From Escherichia phage vB_EcoS_HASG4, in the sequence record NC_100331.1: a stretch of 64,000 bases of DNA, one strand, 5' to 3'. The notes beneath the pieces are model-generated. The model saw only the letters and a program-made list of their open reading frames with translations. It made no database searches and was not told the DNA's origin. Shown piece after piece: positions 29,694 through 40,864 of this stretch (position 1 is the first letter of the stretch; each line of letters begins with the position of its first letter). A program made the translations under genes and the position numbers.

Positions 29694-31796
29694 TTACCTT
29701 ATATGGATATACCCGTTTTGCAGGTCTATCTTCATTTTGTAAGATCCCTCTGGGTTAGAGGATAGTGCTGCTGCACGATCATATATAATATTTACACCAA
29801 TTTGTGATAAGAAAGCATTGTTAGCAACAATTTTACTAGCAGTTACCGTGCCATTAACTATCATATCCCCATGTAAAACCATTGCAGGGCTAGCCCATGC
29901 TGAACCATTCCACTGCCTAGTAAACGCTGTTCCCGGTGCTCCACTTTTATACTCGGTTAATACATCATATTTAACAGGACCAGTACCAAAGTTAGATGTA
30001 AAAAACGCATTAGCCTGAGAATCATTCCATGCCGTTAAATTAGCAATAGCAAGAGAGTACATTCCAGGACCACGTTGCCCATTATCACCTGGGCGTCCAT
30101 CAGCTCCTGGCCTACCATCTGCTCCGGGTCGTCCATCTACCCCTTCTGTACCACTCCATTGAACTACGTCTGACCAACTAGTTCCAGATACTAATTGATT
30201 AGTAACTGGGTCTAAAGTACCAGTAGAACAATAAATATTCTGAGTATTAGACGTTCTATTCGGTGGAGTCTTTGACCAACCAGAAGGTGGGTATGCAGGA
30301 CTTGTTGGTTTAGCAGGTAATGAAGTACCTAGAGTATAAATAAATACTGTTTGCTTACCTTGTATACCTGTTGCTATATCGATGTCACCGTTAGGTGTAC
30401 CAATTACAACCCCACTAGAGATTCTTAATGTATCACCATCATAACGTATATACTGAGTAGCATTACCAATATCCAGTTTTGGCTTCGCAGTAGCATTATC
30501 CATGCCCATCCAGATACCCGATTTTGTATCACCCCAGGTTTTACCCTGAGTATAGATTGCTGGGTTATCTTGACCGGTTAAATTAGTCATGACAAAGTTA
30601 GCAGCATTAATAGTTTTAGTTATTACACTTCCATCAACGTTAACTATCTTTTTAATAGGGTCGAAAGATATTGGTGCTTTTCCTTCAGCATCTAGAAGAC
30701 CTATATTAATAGCACCGGTGGCGGCATCTATTAGGAAGGTTTGTTTCCAGGTAGATCCATCTTTGACCTTACCCTTAATGTACGCGTAATTTACTTCTAT
30801 ACCAGTTTCATTAACAAAATTATTGTCTAACGGTGTACTCTCATTTAATATAAATGTCTGTACTGCGGAATCAGTAACATCTTGAGCATCTGGTCCCCAG
30901 GCAATAGATGACACTTTAAATTTATGCTCTACTTTCCATGGGAATGATATAATTGTTGCCGATTGGGCAGCCCCCACGTTGATTTTTTGTGCCTTAGTCC
31001 ATCCAGTTCTAGCAAACTCTGCTGAATCTATATAGGATAGAACGAATTCACGAACATTAGCACCTGCACCTCTATTCCAATCCCACTGAACACGAAGATC
31101 ATAGCGTTCTTTACCGTCAGCTATACGTGCTGCTTTGAATTCAATATTAGTAGGTGCGGTAGGAGGAACAAAATTATAGTTAACTTCAAAAACAGTAGGA
31201 TACTCATAGTATCCAGACGAATCAATAGTAACACCGTCTGGTAGGCTTATTTGACCAGAAATTCTTACTTTATAGAACCCGATTGGCACACCACCAAACA
31301 TAATAGTTGGCATCAACGCACCAACATAATATTTAACCCATGGATTATCGGCATTAGAATTATTTTTTAATTCTATAGTACAATAATCAGCTTCTCCTGT
31401 AGTATCTATATAAACTATTGGCGCTCCAACACCTACGTCTACAGGTTCTGATTCACACCTAGCACCTGTAATTCTAGGTGCTGACTTCATTTTAAAAGTT
31501 TGTTTATCAGATAGATTAATACCTATCTGAGCATTAAGCAGTTCAGAGTCTATTATAGAATCATAAAATGCACCCTGAACTTCATAAGTTGTTGTAGGTT
31601 TTAGATTATTAATAGTTACAGAGAAGGTATCAACTCCAGTAAAATCTCTACGAGTAACATTGCTACCTTCTTTAAGCCAAAAAGACCTGCCTATAACGTC
31701 ATAATCAGAGTAGATAGAATGCTGGATATACGCCAACGTATATCCAGTTAAGACGCTATTTAGGACCATTTTAGCTGGTGCATTATTTGAAATCAT
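29694..31796 (-). CDS. tail tip protein (pb4-like) with short collagen-like Gly-X-Y tract
   Basis: 700 aa; [27 protein letters not shown] triplet repeat; position between hub and fibre. Confidence 0.55.
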   Translation of the reverse strand: MISNNAPAKMVLNSVLTGYTLAYIQHSIYSDYDVIGRSFWLKEGSNVTRRDFTGVDTFSVTINNLKPTTTYEVQGAFYDSIIDSELLNAQIGINLSDKQTFKMKSAPRITGARCESEPVDVGVGAPIVYIDTTGEADYCTIELKNNSNADNPWVKYYVGALMPTIMFGGVPIGFYKVRISGQISLPDGVTIDSSGYYEYPTVFEVNYNFVPPTAPTNIEFKAARIADGKERYDLRVQWDWNRGAGANVREFVLSYIDSAEFARTGWTKAQKINVGAAQSATIISFPWKVEHKFKVSSIAWGPDAQDVTDSAVQTFILNESTPLDNNFVNETGIEVNYAYIKGKVKDGSTWKQTFLIDAATGAINIGLLDAEGKAPISFDPIKKIVNVDGSVITKTINAANFVMTNLTGQDNPAIYTQGKTWGDTKSGIWMGMDNATAKPKLDIGNATQYIRYDGDTLRISSGVVIGTPNGDIDIATGIQGKQTVFIYTLGTSLPAKPTSPAYPPSGWSKTPPNRTSNTQNIYCSTGTLDPVTNQLVSGTSWSDVVQWSGTEGVDGRPGADGRPGADGRPGDNGQRGPGMYSLAIANLTAWNDSQANAFFTSNFGTGPVKYDVLTEYKSGAPGTAFTRQWNGSAWASPAMVLHGDMIVNGTVTASKIVANNAFLSQIGVNIIYDRAAALSSNPEGSYKMKIDLQNGYIHIR

Positions 31797-34646
31797 TTAA
31801 ATAGTAGCCCAACCAACAGATTGCTCACCATTTTCCCCCTCTGCTCTAATCCTAAATCGTAGTTTACGATTAATTCCTAAAGCACCGGAGTTTAATAGTG
31901 CAAAATCCGCCTTATTATATGTTAATAGATAGTCATAGGTATAGGCATCCTCTATCCTAATACTACGAAGCATTCTATCCCGAGAATCATGTATTTCTAG
32001 AGTGTAATAGATTTCTGGAATTATTTCTTCCTCAGGTATCTTATCCCAAGCAAGTTTCACATCTGGACCAACAAATTCGGTTACATCTCCAGAAGCTGTA
32101 TTAATTACTCTGAAGTTACTAACTACACTCAAGTTTCTAGCAGAGTTAAGATCCACGGAAAGAGTAACAGGAGAGCTACGTCTACCATTAATATCAACAG
32201 CACGTAGTTCAAAAATAGCTAAACCAGCAGGCTCACCTATAATCTCCTGAATCATCCTTTCATTAGGATTATTCTCTAATTGCTGAATTATATAAGGATC
32301 TACATGACCGGAATGGGCTATAGAATAATACACTACGTTATTAGTAAGACTAGGTAGCCAAGATAGTTCCCCATTTTTACCTATAGCACCTATCATACCA
32401 CCAGGAGTTGGTGTATACTTAAAGTCTCTAGGAGGAAGGACATTATTACTAATATCTGGAATATCATTACCACTGTTATCCACTTGATCAGAGTTGATAA
32501 ATACATCTTCACCATACTCTTGTAGTGTTAAGTTAATCTTACCATCACGAGTATTTTCTACTTCATCTACTAGGAAGAACTTGTCTTTCCACCCATAACG
32601 CTCATAAGTAAAAGCAATCGGATCATTTGGCTCTATACCAACGAACTTATATGGTACTGAGAAACTAAGTGTACGTGAGTATCTAGATTTTTTAAGCTCT
32701 CTATCTGCGTAACTACGAGCAGTGTAGTAGTTAGTAATATTTGCAAAAGATAGCTGAAGTTTTTTATCTAAACCCTTATCCTGTTCTTTAAACTTAGAAT
32801 TGTAGAATGTAATAGAGTTTGTTTTCCAGCTTAGTGCAGGATCTACTAGAGATGCTTGTACTGAGTTAAACTTATTTCTACCAGTAGTATCAGATAAGTC
32901 TAAGTCCCCATAAGTATCTAGAAAACTTATATTCAAAGGAGTTGTAGAGTGCTTCTCTACAGTTATTCTATACTCACCAGATAAGTTATTTATAGCTCCG
33001 CCAAAAGAATCCAGTACTCCTTGAACATTTTTAAATACTGATTCGGAGGTATCTAATATAGTGTTTAACTGAACTACTTGGCGATGTTCAGAAATAGAAT
33101 CACTCCAACCAACATATCTCCAATATGGTTGCCAGCTAACCTGATAAGACTCATCAATTATATCTAGAATTTTTGCTTCTGATATAATCTTTTGTAGTGG
33201 GAACTGATCTAGAGTTATATTAGCTCCATAACGTTCAGAGGTTAGATAGTCCATAAGCTGCCAGATACCGTTAAGGCTAGTTTTATCAGCTTTAACAGAT
33301 CCATCCGAACTATATACTTTGACTTTCTTACCTTGTACTTCAGCACTAATTTCTGGAATTTCAGTTCTATTCTCATTAATAGTAAATCTAACTACAGCGT
33401 AGGCTGTGTCTAAGAGCTTATAACGAGAATCCCAGTATTCTGGTCCATTGCCATTTTGGTTCTGTAAATAGAAACCTTTTCTTTTAGCAATATCCACTAA
33501 TACTTGAGCTGCTGTCTGGTCTGGTTTGCCATGAAAAGTCCATATTCTTATGTCACCATTACCATCATTATACTTATACTCCTGACCATGAACAGAAGGT
33601 TGAGACGTGCTTGTACCAGCAGCTAGTCTATGCATTGTATCACCCACTAGTTTCTTACGACCGAAGCAGGTTCTAGCATTGGAATCTGTTTCATCGAAAC
33701 AGATCATTGGGCTGTCCCCAATATAGAAATCTAGGAATCCGTCAATTTCTCCTTCCGAAAACGCATAGACTACATACACTATATTAGGGTTATTTAGCTC
33801 AGTATCTGCAAAAATAGGGATACCAGGAATTTTCTGAACTCCATATACAACAGGTATAAATTTAGCAGCTAAGTTAAAGTCTAGGTCAACTTCTTTAGTT
33901 ACAGTCTCATAATACTTTTTAAGACTGTAACTTCTTGATAGACCAAAGAGTTTCTTCTTGGACTGAAGTTTATAACGCTCTTCTTTTACTTGATATTTAG
34001 CTAATATAGTGGTACTTTTATTAGAATGAAAGAAGCCATAGTCTTCCTGATATTCAGGACGTTTAGCACCATTAGAAGGCTGTAATTGTCCATTAACAAC
34101 TTCAAGTCCTCGGTGAGAAGCATCATCGGTATAACGACCGTTTACTCTATCAAAGTCATAGAACTGGTTAGAACAGTTCCATGTTATAACAGAAGTTCCT
34201 ATACCAGAAGTACTAACATTATCCTTTATTCCACCTCCAGTAATTTTACCACGAAAGAATAGTAAAGGCCCGTTAGTATCAGGATCTACAGGAAGAATAT
34301 TACCTTCTTCATCAATTATAGCTTGATGTATAGTGATAGTTCTATCTAAGAAAGATACCCCATTTTGAACTAGTTTTAATACTTCATCTTCTGCTGTACC
34401 AGTTATGGTAAAAGATAGGCTACCAATAGATAGTTCACGATTTTGTTTATGAGAGCCGATACTTTTTACTTTACCAGATCTATACAAGATTCCATTATAA
34501 GTAATATCTCTAAAGTAGTCAGTTAAATAAATATAAGTAGCAGCAGAGCCTGATGAACTAGGAAGCTCTAAAGCTATAAGACAAGCTGTTTTTAGCTTGT
34601 CATGAGTATTAAGATATGTTTTAGCACTATCGAGTATCTGCTTCAT
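31797..34646 (-). CDS. baseplate hub protein (pb3-like)
   Basis: 949 aa large tail protein directly downstream of tape measure and distal tail protein; size matches what I recall for T5 pb3. Confidence 0.6.
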   Translation of the reverse strand: MKQILDSAKTYLNTHDKLKTACLIALELPSSSGSAATYIYLTDYFRDITYNGILYRSGKVKSIGSHKQNRELSIGSLSFTITGTAEDEVLKLVQNGVSFLDRTITIHQAIIDEEGNILPVDPDTNGPLLFFRGKITGGGIKDNVSTSGIGTSVITWNCSNQFYDFDRVNGRYTDDASHRGLEVVNGQLQPSNGAKRPEYQEDYGFFHSNKSTTILAKYQVKEERYKLQSKKKLFGLSRSYSLKKYYETVTKEVDLDFNLAAKFIPVVYGVQKIPGIPIFADTELNNPNIVYVVYAFSEGEIDGFLDFYIGDSPMICFDETDSNARTCFGRKKLVGDTMHRLAAGTSTSQPSVHGQEYKYNDGNGDIRIWTFHGKPDQTAAQVLVDIAKRKGFYLQNQNGNGPEYWDSRYKLLDTAYAVVRFTINENRTEIPEISAEVQGKKVKVYSSDGSVKADKTSLNGIWQLMDYLTSERYGANITLDQFPLQKIISEAKILDIIDESYQVSWQPYWRYVGWSDSISEHRQVVQLNTILDTSESVFKNVQGVLDSFGGAINNLSGEYRITVEKHSTTPLNISFLDTYGDLDLSDTTGRNKFNSVQASLVDPALSWKTNSITFYNSKFKEQDKGLDKKLQLSFANITNYYTARSYADRELKKSRYSRTLSFSVPYKFVGIEPNDPIAFTYERYGWKDKFFLVDEVENTRDGKINLTLQEYGEDVFINSDQVDNSGNDIPDISNNVLPPRDFKYTPTPGGMIGAIGKNGELSWLPSLTNNVVYYSIAHSGHVDPYIIQQLENNPNERMIQEIIGEPAGLAIFELRAVDINGRRSSPVTLSVDLNSARNLSVVSNFRVINTASGDVTEFVGPDVKLAWDKIPEEEIIPEIYYTLEIHDSRDRMLRSIRIEDAYTYDYLLTYNKADFALLNSGALGINRKLRFRIRAEGENGEQSVGWATI

Positions 34647-35257
34647 AGACTTTCCCTCAAGGAAAGTGAAATACCAGAGTAAGTACCATTGTTATTTAAT
34701 GTAGAACCAAAAGAATCAGCATTCATTAGCTTAGTTCTAAATAAGATACCATTAAAAACTGGTTTTTCACTACCCGTAGTAGTAATAAATAGGTCAGGAT
34801 ATAAGGATAAGTTCCATACATTTCCTGAGCTAGTAAAATTTGTTATTTTATAGACTTTTGGGTGGTTGGATAATTTAAATAGATCTCCAGCTTTTGGTAG
34901 TCCTGTTAAGGTTCCATTAGTATTTAGTATAATCTGGGAACCTTTCTGTCCGGCTGGTATAGTAACACTTTTAGTATCACCACGTACTCTAAATGCTTCA
35001 TACTGAGGTAGAAGTACTTCTAGATAATCTCCAGTTCTTTTATATTCTAAAATTTTAGAATCTAGGAACGCATATTCATCTGGGAAAAGTTCCGGGTATG
35101 AGATATTAATTCCCCAGTATTGAGCAGATATTTTAACCTCTTTGACTTTACCATTAGGTAATTCATCACGAATCATAGGGTCATTATCTACTACGTTGAC
35201 GCTTTCAAAACCTAACCCTGGGTACTCTGGGTTCGTGTATGGATCTGGTAGTCTCAT
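34643..35257 (-). CDS. distal tail protein (Dit-like)
   Basis: 204 aa ORF immediately downstream of the tape measure gene, the usual Dit position. Confidence 0.5.
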   Translation of the reverse strand: MRLPDPYTNPEYPGLGFESVNVVDNDPMIRDELPNGKVKEVKISAQYWGINISYPELFPDEYAFLDSKILEYKRTGDYLEVLLPQYEAFRVRGDTKSVTIPAGQKGSQIILNTNGTLTGLPKAGDLFKLSNHPKVYKITNFTSSGNVWNLSLYPDLFITTTGSEKPVFNGILFRTKLMNADSFGSTLNNNGTYSGISLSLRESL

Positions 35258-35330
35258 AGTTAATTTCTCCTCTTTAATAACAATATTATAATAGTATTGG
35301 AAAATTTTATCAAGAAATTTTTATTTTTCC

Positions 35331-35351
35331 ATAAAGAAAAGGAGGACATAA
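35331..35351 (-). terminator. hairpin downstream of tape measure gene, part of a conserved hairpin-plus-motif element
   Basis: On the - strand GGAGGACT-ttat-GTCCTCC followed by TTTTCTTTATGGAAAAATAAAAAT. Confidence 0.45.
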
Positions 35352-35366
35352 AGTCCTCCTCCAATA

Positions 35367-38300
35367 TTACATATTACCAAGAGATTTAAGGGTGGATCCA
35401 TTCTCATTAAGAGCCAGTTCCACGGCATCTCTTAAAGCAGTGCTGTTATTCGATGCAAAATCTCTAAAGCTAGCAGCATCCATTGTGCTAATATTCAGAA
35501 TGATTGGTCTTCCAGAGGTAGTCTTTGATCCATCGGAAAGCTGATCATTAGGTGTAGCTTTCATAGGAACCATGGGAGTAATTACCTCGGTACCGTGCTC
35601 ACCCATTTGATAGCTTACTCCAGGGTACATCATACCGCCTTCCGCACGTGGAACAAAGGAGTTAGCATTACCGATACCTTTATCACCACGTAGGTAGGAT
35701 AATTCTCCTGAGCTAGCCTGCATAGATACATCAACGTTCTTCTGTCGTTCACCTAGAGTTAAATACTGAGTAGTATCTGCTCCAGAGTCAGCGATAGAAG
35801 ACATACCAGATGCAGAAGATGCCTGAGCAAGAGCTAGTGCACCTGCCAAACCTGCCGCCACCATTAGAGGAATAGAGAACGGATATGGTACAGCTGTTGC
35901 TGCTTGCATTACTGCTACTGCTGTCTGAATGATAATCTGTTTCTTAGCTGCATCCTGTTGAATTTTAAGCTTTTCAGCTTCTAATTTCTTCAGTTTAGCT
36001 TTAGATGCCTCAGATTTACCATCACGCTTCTGTTCTGCGGCAATAGCCTGATCAATTGCACTAACCTGCTGACTAGTACTATATTGAATCATAGAAGCCA
36101 CAGTTTGCATACCAGAAGCAATCATAGACGTAGTATCTAAAGATCCCTGAGAGAATTGAATCATAGAGTTGGTTAAATTACCCATACTCTGAGCCACAGC
36201 GGTTGCTTCAGAATTTAATTCAGACAGCTTAGAGATTGCCTGATCATAAGAAGCCATTCTATTTTGCATATCAGCAAAATCTTTATCTTCTCCAGATAAC
36301 CCCGTTGTAGGAGTGTACACAGCACCCACAGAGGATCCTACCTGTTGTTGCATTTGAGCATTACGTTGCGCTGTTAAAGCAGACATTTGAGCCCTTGTCT
36401 TAGCTATTTCAGCATTCCAGCGCATCTGCTCATTAGCATTACCTTTAGTAAGTTCCTTCATCTGAGTATAAAAATCTAGCTGCATTTCCATTTTCTGCAT
36501 TTCCCCAGCCAGAGGGAACATGGAAGTTAGTGTATTTTCAAAGGCTTCTTGCCTTTTGCGGGTCATTTCAGCTTGCTGATCTTGGCGGAATTTCCAGATT
36601 TCACGCTCTATCTGTGCTTGAGCACGCCTAGATTGTTCAGCCTCTTTTTGTTTATCAGCTTGTTTTGTATACCATTCGTACTTCTCTTTTTCAATGGTCA
36701 ATTCAAGATTTAACTGTGCTAGACGATACTGAGTATCTGTCATAGTACGGTTATTTAAGAGAGCTATCTCACGATCTACACCAAGAATTTTATCTGTGTA
36801 ATCCTTGACCTTCTTCTGAGCTTCCATACCCTGATTGGTAAGTTTAAGTTTCTCCAGCTGAATTTTTTCAATTTCTTTCTCAACAGCTTTATTTCCCTGG
36901 TTTGTTTGAAGAACGCGGCGTAAAGCAGTTTCTTGCTCTTCTAACTGTTGCAACTCTAAACGTCTACCAGCTTCCTGAGCTTTTTCCTTATCCTTAGTTT
37001 GATTATACACATCAGCTATTTTCTGTTGAACTGCTAACTGATTTTTAGTTTCATTACCCGTTAGTTTAACGTACTCGGATAAGGCTTGGGAAGCAGTTTT
37101 CATCTCAGATAAGGTGTTAAACCCTAAGTTGAGACTTTTAACATACTCATCCGCACTCTTACCAGTTCCTGCGGAGAGAGATTCTACATTTCTAATTACC
37201 TCTTCAAAAGTTGCACTAGTTTTAGCAGCGGTATCTGTACTACTAGCTATATTTTGAAAGTCATTAGCTAAGTCACTAGCAGTTTTCTTAGTCTGATTAT
37301 ATGCTTTTTGTTGTTCAGTTAGTCCTTTTAATACAGTAGAGTTAAAATCGTATACAGCATCAGGATCAGTAGTATCTCTCTGTAGATTAATCTGTTTCTG
37401 AAACTCTGGATTAGCCTTTGCAGCAGCAGCCCCAGCAGCTTGATACGCTGATTTCCAAGCATTGAGGTTCTCTGTAGAATCCTCTACTTCCTTACCGAGT
37501 CTAGTTACTTGTAGACCCATAGCTGCGGTTTCTTCTACAAACTTTTTATTAGCTTCGGAAGCACCCGCGGCTGCAAGACCAACAGGAATACCTTCACCAA
37601 CTTGACGTATAGCTAGTTTTGTATAGAAATCTGCTTGTTCCATTCGTTTATCGAACTCAGATTTTAGCTTATTACGCTTATCAAGAGATTCCTTATACAT
37701 ATCTAGAGCTTTATTATAGCCTTCTTCAGAAGCAGCTAAACTTAAAGCAACAGCACCAACGTTGGTAGGGTCTATTTGTCTATTAGTTTTTTCTTGAGCC
37801 CTAGCTGCCTCAGCAGATATAGAAGCCTGAGATGTATAAAATACTGTGTTGATAGCATCAATTACTGGCCCTAAATACTTAGCAGCAGCTTGTTGTATTT
37901 TTCTTAGTGCAGCATCTGCATTAGCAGCAAATTGCTCCCATGGAGTTGCACGTAGTACTTCATCTAGGTATCCAAACCGTTTAGTAGATTCAGCAATTAC
38001 CGCATTAGCATATGCTTGTTGTTTCTGGAAAGTGGTAAGGCTATTAATATTATATGTTATACCTGTGTTTGCAGCATTTAACTGTTTAACGTAATCAGCA
38101 TAAGCATCGTTAAGACGAATAGTAACACCAAGTTCATCCAGAAGTTCGATTTCTTGTTTAGATACACCCTTAATTACACGGTTAAGTGCATCAGTCATAT
38201 CAACTCCAAGAACAGCAGCAGCACGACGAGCTACTAAACCAAATTTATTGAGTTGTTCGGCATCAAATCCATAAGCGGACGCTGAGGATGCTTGCCTCAT

Positions 38301-39050
38301 AGCTTCTTCAAAAGAGATTGCATAGCCAGCTGCCTCTTGCAGTGATCTAGCAAGGGACTGAACAGGAGTACCTGTCTGAGTACCTACTATAACACCAAAT
38401 TTTTCTAGACGATTTAGCTGGTCACCTAGTTTAAGTTGTTCGAATGCAGATTGCAAAACGAAGATGTTGGAAGCAAGAGCTGCATACATAATAGGTAAAC
38501 TACCACCTATCTTAGCCATTGCTGCAAAATCACGAGTTGCACCGCGTGCTGAACCAGAAGTATTACCAATAGCTCTAGAGGCTCTACCAGCGGCACCAGC
38601 AGTATCATTAAAACCTCTAGCTGTACCGCCTAAAACTCTATTGGTATCATACAATCTATCTTGAACTTTTTCTGTTGCAGCTGCAACATCATTACCCATT
38701 GCTTTAACAGATCTAGAAACTCCGTCGAATCCAATCTCTAGTTTATCTGTTACTTCAATAAGTTGGATAGCCAGGTAATCTAGCTTATCACCAATACCAT
38801 CAATGGATTTAGTGATACCAGCCATACCCCTACTAGCTTGCATTTTAGTAAGACTTTTCGCTGCCCTATCCGCTGCCCTCTCAATGGAGTAAAGGGTTTT
38901 GGGCATTTTACCTAACTGCTCATTTGTCAGTTCGGAAGCAGCAGCAGCGTTTTCTAACGCATCAGATACGTTTTCAATAGACTTTGCAGTACGAGTTGCC
39001 CCCTTCTGTTTAACGTCTATTAATAATTCTCGTATTAGCTTATCAGTCAT
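35367..39050 (-). CDS. tail tape measure protein
   Basis: 1227 aa, extensively coiled-coil with Gly/Ala-rich hydrophobic segment, C-terminal region after tail tube and chaperone genes. Confidence 0.8.
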   Translation of the reverse strand: MTDKLIRELLIDVKQKGATRTAKSIENVSDALENAAAASELTNEQLGKMPKTLYSIERAADRAAKSLTKMQASRGMAGITKSIDGIGDKLDYLAIQLIEVTDKLEIGFDGVSRSVKAMGNDVAAATEKVQDRLYDTNRVLGGTARGFNDTAGAAGRASRAIGNTSGSARGATRDFAAMAKIGGSLPIMYAALASNIFVLQSAFEQLKLGDQLNRLEKFGVIVGTQTGTPVQSLARSLQEAAGYAISFEEAMRQASSASAYGFDAEQLNKFGLVARRAAAVLGVDMTDALNRVIKGVSKQEIELLDELGVTIRLNDAYADYVKQLNAANTGITYNINSLTTFQKQQAYANAVIAESTKRFGYLDEVLRATPWEQFAANADAALRKIQQAAAKYLGPVIDAINTVFYTSQASISAEAARAQEKTNRQIDPTNVGAVALSLAASEEGYNKALDMYKESLDKRNKLKSEFDKRMEQADFYTKLAIRQVGEGIPVGLAAAGASEANKKFVEETAAMGLQVTRLGKEVEDSTENLNAWKSAYQAAGAAAAKANPEFQKQINLQRDTTDPDAVYDFNSTVLKGLTEQQKAYNQTKKTASDLANDFQNIASSTDTAAKTSATFEEVIRNVESLSAGTGKSADEYVKSLNLGFNTLSEMKTASQALSEYVKLTGNETKNQLAVQQKIADVYNQTKDKEKAQEAGRRLELQQLEEQETALRRVLQTNQGNKAVEKEIEKIQLEKLKLTNQGMEAQKKVKDYTDKILGVDREIALLNNRTMTDTQYRLAQLNLELTIEKEKYEWYTKQADKQKEAEQSRRAQAQIEREIWKFRQDQQAEMTRKRQEAFENTLTSMFPLAGEMQKMEMQLDFYTQMKELTKGNANEQMRWNAEIAKTRAQMSALTAQRNAQMQQQVGSSVGAVYTPTTGLSGEDKDFADMQNRMASYDQAISKLSELNSEATAVAQSMGNLTNSMIQFSQGSLDTTSMIASGMQTVASMIQYSTSQQVSAIDQAIAAEQKRDGKSEASKAKLKKLEAEKLKIQQDAAKKQIIIQTAVAVMQAATAVPYPFSIPLMVAAGLAGALALAQASSASGMSSIADSGADTTQYLTLGERQKNVDVSMQASSGELSYLRGDKGIGNANSFVPRAEGGMMYPGVSYQMGEHGTEVITPMVPMKATPNDQLSDGSKTTSGRPIILNISTMDAASFRDFASNNSTALRDAVELALNENGSTLKSLGNM

Positions 39051-39072
39051 GTTTTATTTTCCCAATAAAAAA

Positions 39073-39097
39073 GGCTCTGGGCAAATCACCCAGAGCC
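39073..39097 (-). terminator. hairpin immediately upstream of the tape measure start, part of a conserved element
   Basis: On the - strand GGCTCTGGG-tgatttg-CCCAGAGCC followed by TTTTTTATTGGGAAAATAAAAC then ATG. Confidence 0.45.
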
Positions 39098-39132
39098 AAG
39101 CCTCATCGTGGAACGCCCATTGGAGGAAACTT

Positions 39133-39501
39133 TTATCGTGCACGAGATTTAGCATGTGGCTTAACGTTAGGAATCCTTCCGTTTTGCGGCTTATGCTTCT
39201 CAGCACGTTTACGTGCAGCATCTACAGCTTTAGCATCAAATATATTGATGATGTGTAGAACAAATTCTTTTTCTATAGGATCAGTAATCCCATAAATATC
39301 AAATAAAACACCTAGAGCTGCTTTATCTTTACCTATAAAGATAGGAAAGTCACCAGGTATGAAACAGTCAATTAGACTATTATAAATATTCATACTAATA
39401 GCTACAATAGGTGGAAAATCTTCAAGTTCAACAGGCATAGCCTTAGGATCAGGTTCTATACCCATTGATTCACAAAGTATTAAATATTGTTGTTTAGTCA
39501 T
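39133..39501 (-). CDS. putative tail assembly chaperone (second of two)
   Basis: Small acidic ORF between tail tube-side genes and tape measure, the usual chaperone position. Confidence 0.35.
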   Translation of the reverse strand: MTKQQYLILCESMGIEPDPKAMPVELEDFPPIVAISMNIYNSLIDCFIPGDFPIFIGKDKAALGVLFDIYGITDPIEKEFVLHIINIFDAKAVDAARKRAEKHKPQNGRIPNVKPHAKSRAR

Positions 39502-39562
39502 TTTAGATGCTGAGCTTTTAATACACTTATCTGCAAAATCAGCAACAGCATCTAGTAATTCT

Positions 39563-39967
39563 TTACGCTTTTGAGCTACGAAAAGTGTCTAAATGGAACA
39601 CTGTCTGGTTGATCCAAGAATCAAACGCAGCAGAGTTCTGCATAAGCATTACAGCATTATCACGACTAAATGGAACTTCAGTAGCAGGATCAGCATCCGT
39701 CTCAATCAGCATGAGTTTTTCAACGTCACCCACAGTCAAACCAGTCCAACCTTTAATAGCAGCATCAACAAATGCTTCAATGAACTTATCATCATCCTGT
39801 ACCTGAATCAAAGTACCATTAACCCACTCATCACGCTTAGCAGAAGTGATAACTCGTTTAGAAGTAGCACGAGACATATAATTAAGCTCTAGCTTAAAGT
39901 TAGGCATACCTGGGTATGAAAGGGTAACAGTGCGAGTTTCTAGGGTAATATCTTTTAAGTTAATCAT
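39563..39967 (-). CDS. putative tail assembly chaperone (first of two)
   Basis: Small ORF upstream of tape measure; position-based call. Confidence 0.35.
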   Translation of the reverse strand: MINLKDITLETRTVTLSYPGMPNFKLELNYMSRATSKRVITSAKRDEWVNGTLIQVQDDDKFIEAFVDAAIKGWTGLTVGDVEKLMLIETDADPATEVPFSRDNAVMLMQNSAAFDSWINQTVFHLDTFRSSKA

Positions 39968-40860
39968 TATTTTCTTTCTCCAAAGAAGTTTATTTCTACA
40001 GGATCTGAATCAGCAGTAGGTATTACATCATACTCTACCTGATACAAATCTGAGAAGTTTAGGCGTTTTGAAATACGTGCTAAAGGGAATGTTATAGAAA
40101 CATATTTATTTTTAATAATTAGGGGAGTTCTTGTTTCAGGGTCTAGATTCAAGAACTTATCTCCTACCAATCTCTTAACGTAATAGAAAGCTAGCGTTGC
40201 TGAAGCATTCATCTCATTGACATAAGCCCGTTTATTAGTATAAACTTTATTTATATCAAATATACTTCTATCTTCTCTCCAAGAACATTGTTGCTGGAAG
40301 GACATAGATGCTGAGACTAATGCAGGCAATGGTGCGCTATTAGTATACACAGCTGGAGGACTATATGGTAGTACCTCACCTTGTGTAATCGTATATCCAT
40401 CACGGAAAGTAGATACCTCAGAGAATTTTCCAGACTCAATACCAACATTTAGGATCGGTATACTCTTATCTAGAGAAAAATCAACTGTTGATACATAACA
40501 GTTTTCGAAATAAATACAGCTATTATGATTAATAATATACATATTGAACATAATAGGTTCAATATTGGGAGTATTTCTTGGCAAAAATAAAGAATTTCCC
40601 TCACGCGTGAATCCCATCCAATCAAAGAAGTTAGATTCAATAAGCGTAGTACTGAAATTTATTGCCAATGAAATAGATGAAGGATCTTGAGCATTAATAA
40701 TAGAGTCTGCATAGTTGGTACGATTATGAATAGTACGTCTAAGAGTTTTAAACTCTTGAAAAGACGTACTAGCATCATAGTTAGAGAGGGCATCGAAATG
40801 ATACCCTCTACCATCATACTCAACAACTATTTTAGACTCTCGCATGAGAGAATAAAACAT
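39967..40860 (-). CDS. tail protein (possibly p140-like)
   Basis: 297-aa ORF between tail tube and chaperone genes; no motif. Confidence 0.4.
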   Translation of the reverse strand: MFYSLMRESKIVVEYDGRGYHFDALSNYDASTSFQEFKTLRRTIHNRTNYADSIINAQDPSSISLAINFSTTLIESNFFDWMGFTREGNSLFLPRNTPNIEPIMFNMYIINHNSCIYFENCYVSTVDFSLDKSIPILNVGIESGKFSEVSTFRDGYTITQGEVLPYSPPAVYTNSAPLPALVSASMSFQQQCSWREDRSIFDINKVYTNKRAYVNEMNASATLAFYYVKRLVGDKFLNLDPETRTPLIIKNKYVSITFPLARISKRLNFSDLYQVEYDVIPTADSDPVEINFFGERK

Positions 40861-40864
40861 TTAA

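Noticed and set aside
39501-39600. Programmed -1 frameshift joining the two tail assembly chaperone ORFs
   Set aside because: The ORFs are separated by about 60 nt containing stop codons, and no slippery heptamer was seen at the junction; treated as two separate genes.
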